Made by a program: the position numbers and the translations under genes
Shown: piece after piece, positions 19,585 through 31,809 of the stretch
How positions within the stretch are numbered: position 1 is the first letter of the stretch
Layout of the letters: every line of letters starts with the position of its first letter
DNA from: Deltaproteobacteria bacterium
GTDB taxonomy: Bacteria > Myxococcota_A > UBA9160 > SMWR01
Assembly (NCBI GenBank): GCA_032128115.1
Contig: JAQBHB010000090.1
Coordinates: forward strand, 32,001 to 96,000
Direction: 5' to 3'
DNA length: 64,000 nucleotides
Notes under the pieces: model-generated
Database searches by the model: none
The model's input: the letters and a program-made list of their open reading frames with translations, nothing else
Told to the model about the DNA's origin: nothing

Positions 19585-21717
19585 ATGCTGCGGAACTTCG
19601 GAGCGGCCCTGGCGGCGATCGCGGCGTTGACCTCCTGTGGGGGGGCTCCGCCTCCGCTGATCGCTGTCCATCGCCTGGTAAACGCCCCCTATCGGGATCC
19701 GGCTGGGAGCCGCCCGGAACACCTGATCACCCGCGTCCGCACCGCGTTCCTGCAAGCCCCCCCGTCCACGGCCGGAATCCCCACCGCCACCATCGACGAT
19801 GACACACGCACGGTGCTGGCGGCGCACCCGCGCGTGATGCTGCACTGGCCGAGGCTGCAGTTATCCGAGGGCGGCAATGTCGAGCTTGCGCTCTCGCTGG
19901 GCGACGGGTTCGCTGGCGCCACCCGGGCCACCGCTGTGCCGCATGTCTTCGACGCGGGAAGCTGGCACGGTCTGCCACCCCTTCACCTGGAGATTCGACC
20001 CGACGGACCCACGCTCGCCCGCTTCCATGCGGCGGAATCCGACCTTCCGCGTCCCGTGAGGGTTGCCCTGGAGGTGCATCGAATCCCGGAAGTGGGTCGA
20101 ACCAGCCATCGCACTGCGGAGCTGGAGATCCCATCGGAGAGCTTCCTCGACTTCGGGCTTGGCATCCTCGAGCCCGCCCGCGACCAGGGGGCCGTTCGCT
20201 TCCAGGTCTCGGTGTGCCGAGCCGACGCCTGCACTCCCGTGTTCGACGAATCCGTCGATCCGGGGGGCAGCGAGGCCGGATGGCGAGATCGCCGGGTATC
20301 CCTGGCCTCGCACAGCGGTCGCCGTTCCATCCGGTTTGAAACCGAGTACGCGGGCGGCGTGGACCGGGGATTCTCGCTCCCCGTGTGGGCCAACCCCACG
20401 ATTCTGGCCCCGGACACCCGCGGCGATCTCGGCCCGAACGTCCTGCTGATCAGCCTCGACACTTTACGCGCGGACCACCTGAGTCTGTACGGGTACGAGC
20501 GCGAGACTTCACCCTTCCTGCGCGACACCCTGGGACCCCGGAGCAGTGTCTTCGATGCCTACGTCTCGACCGCCACCACCACCGATCCCTCCCATATGAC
20601 CATGTTCACCTCGCTGTCCCCCAGCGTGCATGGCGTGGCAGACAAACTCACACCGTTGCAGGTTCCCGTAATCACTCTCGCGGAGGTTTTGCGAGCCCGT
20701 GGCTATGCCACCGCCGCCTTCACCGAAAACGGTCCCCTCGCCCACGGCCGGGGATTCGAGCTCGGCTTCGAGGCGTACACCGAGAACCAGAGCCCGATCT
20801 TCCTCCTGCCCCCTGGGCAGGTGAAGCGCACGTTCGCGCAGGCACGGAACTGGCTCGAGAACCACGACTCGCAGCGCTTCTTCCTGTTCCTCCACACCTT
20901 TCAGGTGCACTCTCCCTATGAGCCGCCGCCCGGATATCGTCAACTGTTTGACGGTGACGATTCATCAGCGCCGACGGGCGGACGGTCCACACGAAGCGCC
21001 CAGGAGCTCGTTTCCGACTACGATCGGGAGATCCGCTTCGTGGACGACGAGCTGCGCTCTCTTTTCGAGTGGCTCGATCGGCGCGACCTGACTGCCAACA
21101 CCGTGTTGGTGATCACGTCGGACCACGGCGAACAGTTCCAGGAGCACGGGATCCAGGGACACAAGGCGCCGCCCTTCGAGGAGTTGACCGGGATCCCATT
21201 GCTCGTGCACGGGCCTGGCATCCCGGCGGGTCGCCGCATTGCGCAGCCGATCTCGCAACTCGACCTGATGCCCAGCCTGCTCGAGCTGATCGGTGCGCCC
21301 GTCCCGGAGCAGGCCCGGGGCATTTCATTCGCGGGGCTGCTGGCGGAAGCAGAACCGGAACCCGGTGCACGCACCCGGCCCCTCTTCACGTCCGGGTGGG
21401 TACTGCCGAATGAATTCCAGGTGCCGTCGCTGGCGGTTCGCGTGAACGAGCGCAAGCTGATTCGCACTCGCACGAGCGATGGCGTCGATCACTACTCTTA
21501 CTTCGATCTGTCGAACGATCCGGGCGAGATGCGAAACCGATTCTCGGGACATCGAGCCGAGGCGGCGGATCTGATGGCGCTGCTGCGGGAGCACGAGCGC
21601 GACGCGAAAGCCAGCCGCGACGCGCTTCGCGCTGGAAATCTGCCCGGTGAGCCCACCCCTCCGGCCTTCGATCCGCAACGCGACGAGCAGCTGCGCGCTC
21701 TCGGCTACATCGAGTGA
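19585..21717 (+). CDS. Sulfatase/alkaline-phosphatase-superfamily lipoprotein
   Basis: Lipobox LTSC after a hydrophobic stretch; PNVLLISLDTLRADH, TDPSHMTMFT, VHSPY, TSDHGE, QLRALGYIE. Confidence 0.88.
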   Translation: MLRNFGAALAAIAALTSCGGAPPPLIAVHRLVNAPYRDPAGSRPEHLITRVRTAFLQAPPSTAGIPTATIDDDTRTVLAAHPRVMLHWPRLQLSEGGNVELALSLGDGFAGATRATAVPHVFDAGSWHGLPPLHLEIRPDGPTLARFHAAESDLPRPVRVALEVHRIPEVGRTSHRTAELEIPSESFLDFGLGILEPARDQGAVRFQVSVCRADACTPVFDESVDPGGSEAGWRDRRVSLASHSGRRSIRFETEYAGGVDRGFSLPVWANPTILAPDTRGDLGPNVLLISLDTLRADHLSLYGYERETSPFLRDTLGPRSSVFDAYVSTATTTDPSHMTMFTSLSPSVHGVADKLTPLQVPVITLAEVLRARGYATAAFTENGPLAHGRGFELGFEAYTENQSPIFLLPPGQVKRTFAQARNWLENHDSQRFFLFLHTFQVHSPYEPPPGYRQLFDGDDSSAPTGGRSTRSAQELVSDYDREIRFVDDELRSLFEWLDRRDLTANTVLVITSDHGEQFQEHGIQGHKAPPFEELTGIPLLVHGPGIPAGRRIAQPISQLDLMPSLLELIGAPVPEQARGISFAGLLAEAEPEPGARTRPLFTSGWVLPNEFQVPSLAVRVNERKLIRTRTSDGVDHYSYFDLSNDPGEMRNRFSGHRAEAADLMALLREHERDAKASRDALRAGNLPGEPTPPAFDPQRDEQLRALGYIE

Positions 21718-21858
21718 CTCGCCACCGAATCCGATCTGTTCAGCTTCTACGACGGATTCTCTAGCAAATTCCACAGGTTGAAGATTTCCAGGTCCGGCCT
21801 CGGCATCCGGGTCCCGGGAGACGTGGAGTCGACTTCGCTCTTGGAGCGAGCGAAATTC

Positions 21859-21894
21859 CCGTGCCAGCCACAAAATCCGTGCCAGCCACAAAAT
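21859..21894. repeat. 18-bp perfect tandem repeat
   Basis: CCGTGCCAGCCACAAAAT x2. Confidence 0.95.
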
Positions 21895-21947
21895 GGGTGG
21901 CTGGGGCAGGCGGGGCTCCCCCCGCCAGAATTTCGAGAAGAGTGGCC

Positions 21948-22979
21948 ATGACGAAGAAGATCCGACCTGGCTACCTCCTCCCGAGCGCCGCCTACACCAT
22001 CAGTCCCAAGCAGATCCGGCTCTACGAGATGTTGGATCGGACGCCCTTGCCGGGTGATGTCGTATACGGTCGTGTGACATCCATCGGCCAGCACGGCTCG
22101 CTGGAGAACAAGCAGGGGCGAATCCACCAGATCAACGACGGGGTGCGCGCGGTCTTCGTATTCGGGAATCGTTACGCCCCGGATGCATTCGAGGGATTCG
22201 TTCCCGAGACGGCGGTGACCGAGGCCGACGTGCTCGCACGCTCAGGAATGATCGGTCAGGTTCGAGAGAAGAATATCCAGATGAAAGACCCGACCCGGGT
22301 GGAGATCCTCGGCTACGTCGTGGATAAAGCGGGGGCGCCGCTCAATACCATGGACTACTCCATCGCGCTCCCGAAGCATCCGCTCGACCCGCGGAAGCGG
22401 CGCGCCAAGATGATCCTCCACATCGGGACGAGCATGAATTCCGGAAAGAGCACGTCTGCCGTCGCTTGTTGCTGGGCTCTCGCGGCGATGGGGCACGGCG
22501 TTCGGGCGAGCAAGGTGACGGGAACGTCCAGTCTCAAGGACATCCTGCACATGCAGGACGCGGGCGCCGAGATCGTTTCCGACTTCTCGTACCTCGGCTA
22601 CCCGTCGACCTACATGCTCGACTTCGACGTCGTCGTAGAGATCTTCAAGAAACTCGATGCAAAGATCGGAAACAATCCCCAGAAATTCTGGATCGTAGAG
22701 TTCGCCGACGGAATCCTCCAGCGCGAAACCTCCGCCTTGCTTCGAGACGAGTACGTCCGATCACGGATTCACAAGCTCGTATTTTCTGCGTCTGACGTAT
22801 TCGGAGCGATCGGAGGTCTCCGGATTCTTCGGGATGAGTTCGACCTCGAGCCCAATGCGATCTCGGGTCGCTGTACCTCATCCCCACTCATGATTCGAGA
22901 GCTCGAGGATCGAACGGCGATTCCGATCTACAACAACATGATCCGAAATCTGCGTCAGCTTGGCGAGCTGCTGTTGTGA
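21948..22979 (+). CDS. DUF1611-like P-loop protein
   Basis: GNRYAPDAFEG, IGTSMNSGKST (P-loop-like), KVTGT, VEFADGILQRET. Confidence 0.72.
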   Translation: MTKKIRPGYLLPSAAYTISPKQIRLYEMLDRTPLPGDVVYGRVTSIGQHGSLENKQGRIHQINDGVRAVFVFGNRYAPDAFEGFVPETAVTEADVLARSGMIGQVREKNIQMKDPTRVEILGYVVDKAGAPLNTMDYSIALPKHPLDPRKRRAKMILHIGTSMNSGKSTSAVACCWALAAMGHGVRASKVTGTSSLKDILHMQDAGAEIVSDFSYLGYPSTYMLDFDVVVEIFKKLDAKIGNNPQKFWIVEFADGILQRETSALLRDEYVRSRIHKLVFSASDVFGAIGGLRILRDEFDLEPNAISGRCTSSPLMIRELEDRTAIPIYNNMIRNLRQLGELLL

Positions 22980-23932
22980 GCCGAAGCCCGGTCGTCGTGG
23001 CAGTGCACGGCGGGGCGGGTCGCCTGCCCTCATCGAAGACCCGGGCGCCGGAACGCAGGCGTTACGATCACGGGATCGCGCGAGCTCTCCTCGCGGCCCA
23101 GCGGGTGTTGGTGTCCGGCGGGTCCGCGGTTCGAGCTGTGACGGCTGCAGTCGTCATTCTCGAAGACGACGAGGCCTTCAACGCGGGCAGGGGCAGCGCC
23201 CTCTGTGAAGACGGGACGGTCGAACTCAGTGCGTCCGTGATGAACGGCAGGAATCTCGCCGCAGGCGCAATGGTGGGCCTGAAGCGGACCCGGAATCCCG
23301 TTCTGGCCGCCCGAGCGCTGATGAAACATACGCACGGTCTACTGTTCGGGGCGTGGGGCGACTCTTTTGCAGAGAGCGCTGGCCTGGAGATGGTTCCGCC
23401 TGCCTATTTCATGACCAGGGAACGTGAGAAGCAATGGCGGCGGCTCAAGAGCAAGGGAACCATCGCTTTGGACCACAGCAACGACGAGCCGGTCCACGGA
23501 ACCGTGGGTGCCGTTGCGCTCGATCGCCGCGGCAATCTCGCGGCTGCCACGTCCACCGGTGGGCTCGTCAACCAGCTGAGAGGCAGGGTTGGCGACACTC
23601 CCGTGGTGGGATCGGGAACCTGGGCGAATGGCGTCTGTGCGGTGAGCGCGACGGGCACCGGAGATGCGTTTGCCCGCGTGGCATTCGGCAGGCGCGTTGC
23701 CGACCTGATCGAACTGGCAGGCTTGTCACCCGTTGAGGCGGCACAACAGACCTTGGATGACGTGCGCCGCATCAAGGGTCAGGGAGGCTGCATCCTCGTC
23801 AGTGCCGCGGGAGAGGTTGTTTGTCCCTTCATCAGCGCCCAGATGGTGCGGGGATGGGTGGTGGACGGCGGCCTCCCCACGGTGGCGATCCTGCCTGGAG
23901 AAGCCCTGGTGATATCCGAGAGCGTCGAATGA
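22976..23932 (+). CDS. iaaA: Isoaspartyl peptidase/L-asparaginase (Ntn hydrolase)
   Basis: VHGGAG, LED..FNAGRGS, GTVGAVALD (Thr nucleophile), AATSTGG, GRVGDTP, SATGTG; GTGA overlap with the upstream gene. Confidence 0.93.
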   Translation: MSRSPVVVAVHGGAGRLPSSKTRAPERRRYDHGIARALLAAQRVLVSGGSAVRAVTAAVVILEDDEAFNAGRGSALCEDGTVELSASVMNGRNLAAGAMVGLKRTRNPVLAARALMKHTHGLLFGAWGDSFAESAGLEMVPPAYFMTREREKQWRRLKSKGTIALDHSNDEPVHGTVGAVALDRRGNLAAATSTGGLVNQLRGRVGDTPVVGSGTWANGVCAVSATGTGDAFARVAFGRRVADLIELAGLSPVEAAQQTLDDVRRIKGQGGCILVSAAGEVVCPFISAQMVRGWVVDGGLPTVAILPGEALVISESVE

Positions 23933-23950
23933 TCGTCCAGGGCCGCGGGA

Positions 23951-26266
23951 TCACAGCGGGTCGCACAGCAGGACTTCCGTCACCCCGCCGGGCCGCTCCT
24001 CGTTGGACGACGCATCACACACATCGTCGTCGCTGCAGAAGTTCTTGATCGTTCCCGTGGGCGTCAGGAATTCGAGCAACTGATCGATCGAGGCGGGGAT
24101 CGTGAATCGGAGTGCGTGCGGGTCGCAGACGCTGCTGGGAATCGTATTCGCAAGCGCCGGGATCACTGCATCGAAGGCCGGATCGAACACGTCGAAGGAG
24201 CCCGTGTCGTAGATCATCATCGCCGAGTCGAGGCCGCCCACCCCCTCCGGAACGTCGGGAATCTCGACGAGCCCCTGAAGCAGCGAACCATCCAGGCTCG
24301 GGATGCCCAGCGACCGCGCCATGATTTCCGAGGCCTGGTTCGAGACCTGCTTGTCGAGCCAGGCCACCGTCATCAGCATGTGCTTGGCGATCCCCGGCTG
24401 GCCGTCGTGATCGTCCAGGGGTGACTCGACGAGTCCGGTGACGTGGCGCACGGCGCTGGCGGGCTCCGAACTCACCCACTGTTCGTGCAGCAGACCCAGC
24501 CCCAGCGCTGTCTCCATGGGATCCGCCAGGCCCACGTTCGACAGCAGGCTCTCGAACGTGATGAACTGGGTCGAGCGTTGCAGGAGCAGCGAGAAGTTCA
24601 TCGCAGGCACATCGATGTTGAAACGCTGGATGTCGTTCGTCAGGGCCGCGAGCCAGGTTCCCATGATCCCGCCGAGGCTGACGCCGACGTAGAATTCCTG
24701 CTCGCCGGAGCCCGGGAACACGCCCGTACTGGAGCCGGTGCCCGGATCCGTCTGGAACTCGGCGAAGTCGTTCAGCAGGGTCCCCTTCATCAGATGCGTC
24801 AACACCAGGGTGTTGAGCATCCCCTGCTTGAGGCGAGCCGTGAAGGCCGGAAAGTTGTTCAGCTGGTGGTTGAAGAGCCCGATGATGCCCGCTCCGACCC
24901 AGTTGAAGTCGAAGCTCGAGAGGCCTCGGTAATCCGTGGCGCCCGCGATGTAGGGGAACGAATCGTCGGCGAACTCGTCCACGAGGCCAGCGGCGAGGGT
25001 GTCGACCATCCCCGCGCCATTTCCGAACAGGCCGTGTCCCAGGAGCAGCGGCCGAACGGTCACGCCCCCGTTGAAGACGCTGCAGGGGATCATGAAGTCT
25101 ACGTTGGCGTCGATCGTTTCCTGGCCAATCGTGGTGTTCTGGATCGGATTGCCGTTGCCATCGACATTCAGGAACGGAATGTGGCCGTCGTCCAGGGGTC
25201 CAGCGAGATAGTTGGGAACGTGGATCGTCAGCTTCAATCGGCGCCATACCTGGGTTCCGGGCACTGCGCAGTTGAAGACGTTCGCGGCGTTGAACGCCGC
25301 GTGGCTGGCCAGATCGATGTTGCTGGCCTGGAATGTCGCCGGGTTGGCTTCGATGTAGGTCAACACCTCGTCGCGCATGCTGAGGATCTGGTGGGTGAGC
25401 TGGTGTTCGCTCTGCACCACGAAGTCGAAGGCGAGAACCAGGTCGTCTCGCGGCACGCCATTCGCCGCAAGAATCTGGAAGATCTCCTCCATGTCTGCGC
25501 GCCGGCTCTCGAGCGCCGGGATCGTGCTGGGACGGGCGTCGCGAAGCGCCGCGAAGACGCCCTCGGGCTCGACGGGCGCCGCCACGGGATCCACCAGGTT
25601 GCGCATCGCGACGATGTAGCGATGGCCGGGCACGAGGCTCTTGCCCGGGCGCAGGAAGAGCACCTGTCGCTGGGGATTCCCGATCGCGCGTGCGTCGTTC
25701 TCGATGAAGTGGAGGATGCGCTCGCCGGTGTCGGCGTCGAGCAGCACCGAGGGGCTGTCGGTGTCCAGCGAGCGGTCGTCGTGGGTGCGCACGTTCTCAT
25801 AGGGCGTCTGATTCAGCTGACCGCAGCAATCCGGGTCCAGCAACCGCGACGCGTCCGACGCCTCCACGTCCACGCCGGCCGGGAAGTGCATGAGGATCTG
25901 CACGGTCGGGCTGAAGCCGTCGAGCTCGTTGAGGGGGTCCGGAACAAACGCCGGACCGTTCAGGACGGGCATGCCCACCTGGGGCAGCGCCACCTGCAGT
26001 GCGTTGCCGGGCCCGCCGCCCGCGGCCACCAGGAAGCGCGACGACGGATAGGGCAGGAGGCACTCCTCGTTGTTGAGGATCTCGCAAGCGTCCACGTCCT
26101 GGAGGTCGGCGATCTCGAAGACGACCCCATCGACGAGTTTGGGCCCCGTGGGGTTGTTGGGGTCGTCGATCTGGGCGGTGAGGATCCGAGGCCCGTCGAC
26201 AGCGGGGATCGCGACCGTGCCGACGATGCCCCCGCCGGGGGCTTTATGCGATACCCATACTCGCAC
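23951..26266 (-). CDS. Large alpha/beta-hydrolase-fold protein (lipase-like), probably 5'-truncated
   Basis: CLLPYPS, LNELDGFSP, GHGLFG, YVGVSLGGIMG nucleophile elbow, D (WLDKQV), H (CDPH); no signal peptide or convincing start. Confidence 0.7.
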   Translation of the reverse strand: MRVWVSHKAPGGGIVGTVAIPAVDGPRILTAQIDDPNNPTGPKLVDGVVFEIADLQDVDACEILNNEECLLPYPSSRFLVAAGGGPGNALQVALPQVGMPVLNGPAFVPDPLNELDGFSPTVQILMHFPAGVDVEASDASRLLDPDCCGQLNQTPYENVRTHDDRSLDTDSPSVLLDADTGERILHFIENDARAIGNPQRQVLFLRPGKSLVPGHRYIVAMRNLVDPVAAPVEPEGVFAALRDARPSTIPALESRRADMEEIFQILAANGVPRDDLVLAFDFVVQSEHQLTHQILSMRDEVLTYIEANPATFQASNIDLASHAAFNAANVFNCAVPGTQVWRRLKLTIHVPNYLAGPLDDGHIPFLNVDGNGNPIQNTTIGQETIDANVDFMIPCSVFNGGVTVRPLLLGHGLFGNGAGMVDTLAAGLVDEFADDSFPYIAGATDYRGLSSFDFNWVGAGIIGLFNHQLNNFPAFTARLKQGMLNTLVLTHLMKGTLLNDFAEFQTDPGTGSSTGVFPGSGEQEFYVGVSLGGIMGTWLAALTNDIQRFNIDVPAMNFSLLLQRSTQFITFESLLSNVGLADPMETALGLGLLHEQWVSSEPASAVRHVTGLVESPLDDHDGQPGIAKHMLMTVAWLDKQVSNQASEIMARSLGIPSLDGSLLQGLVEIPDVPEGVGGLDSAMMIYDTGSFDVFDPAFDAVIPALANTIPSSVCDPHALRFTIPASIDQLLEFLTPTGTIKNFCSDDDVCDASSNEERPGGVTEVLLCDPL

Positions 26267-26465
26267 CTCGAGCCAGAACGCAGCCTGAACCTCCTATGCC
26301 CGATTGGTGCTATCGCGCTCCCCCGGTGTCGCGTCGCGGCAAGGAGACCCGGGCTCGCCGCGGGTTTCTGCTTCAAGATCCGGCTGCTAGCGTATCATCT
26401 TGCGTGCAGTTCTTATACACTTCGGATGTTGCATCTGGTGGAGCTGCGCCTGACGGAGCCGAGCC

Positions 26466-27940
26466 ATGGCCTTCCTTGAAGACTTCGGACACGACGTCTT
26501 CATCAGCTACGCGCACATCGACAACCAGCCCGATCGCGAAGGCGAGCGCGGTTGGGTCGAGAGTTTCGAGCGGGCGCTCAAGCTGAGACTGCTCAAGCGT
26601 TTCGGGCGCGAGGTGGGGGTCTGGCGCGATCCCGAACTCGCTCGCTCCCAGCGCTTTGATCCGGTCATCCAGGCCGCGGTCGAGGGCTCTGCGATCATGA
26701 TCTCGCTGATCAGCGAGAGCTATCTGGCCTCGGACTACTGCCAGCAGGAAATGAGGTGGTTCGCCGCAAAGATGGCTGCGGAACCCGCGGGGGCCACGGT
26801 GGGCCACTACGTTCGGGTGTTTCCCGTGCTCCTCTACAACGTTCCACCCGGCGATTGGCCCGAAGCCTGCCGCGACACCTCCGGCTTCCGTTTCCACGAC
26901 GCGGTTGAACGCGGTTTCGGAAAACCGCTGCACCCACAGCGCGACGACTTCACCGATCGACTCTGCGAGTTGGTGGAGGAGTTGCACACCGTGCTTACAA
27001 CTCTCTCGAAGCGGACCGGCGATCTCGAAGCCCCCGCAGAGGAACCGCGGGCAGTATTCCTGGCGGAGGTGTCGGACGACTTGAGAAGAGACCGCCGCCA
27101 TCTGGGCCTCGATCTCGAGAAACAGGGCATCGAGGTCGTCAGCGGCATCCTGCCCGCCGACGCACGAACCCAGTACGAGGCGGCGGTGGTCAAGGCGCTG
27201 GGAAAGTCGAAGCTCTCGGTCCACCTGCTGGGCACCCTTGCCGGTCGACCACTGGACGAGTCAGATCCCGAGAGGACCTATCCGGTGGAGCAGATGCGGA
27301 TCGGGCTCGAACACGCCCGTTCCCAGCTGGTGGTCCTGCCGCCGGAGTTCGAGCGAGAGGACATCCAGGAGCCCGGGTACGCGGACCTGATCAGCTCGTT
27401 GCAGGAACGGCAGCGAGAAGCCGAGCGGCTCGAGATCGTCCGGATGGGTCGCACCCAACTCGCCGAGGAGGTTCTGTCCAAGCTCAAGCGACTCGACGCG
27501 CAGGAGAAGGCAAAGCGAGTCGCTTCCGCGCCGAGCGGCGAGAGCAGAGCCTTCGTCGACTTGCACATCAACGACCTGTCCTCGGCCGGGGATCTCGTTG
27601 GATATCTTCAGCGCAACGATCTCCCGGCCATCACGATTCCCTCGGGTGATCTCGACCCGGCGGCCGGACTGTCCCTGTTCGAGGAGAATTTGACCAAGGC
27701 GCGTTTCTTCATCGTCGTCTTCGGGAGCGTCGCGCGCAGCTGGGTCGAGCAACGCCTGAACGAAGCATTGAAACTCATCCTGAGCAATCGACTCAGTACG
27801 CGCGTCGGTGTCTATCTGGCACCCCCCCACAAATCGGCAGCGGAAGCGATGTTTCCCCCCTTCTTCCGGGTCATGAACAACACCGACCACTTCGACCCGA
27901 AGACCGTGGACGCACTGCTTCGAGAGCCGCCCGAGTCTCC

Positions 27941-27944
<4 letters not shown>
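26466..27944 (+). CDS. TIR domain protein with additional degenerate TIR-like domains
   Basis: DVFISYAH...WV..F...VWRD...SESYLASDYCQQEM (catalytic Glu); GGAG RBS. Confidence 0.88.
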
Positions 27945-31801
<3,857 letters not shown>

Positions 31802-31809
31802 CGCTTGCG

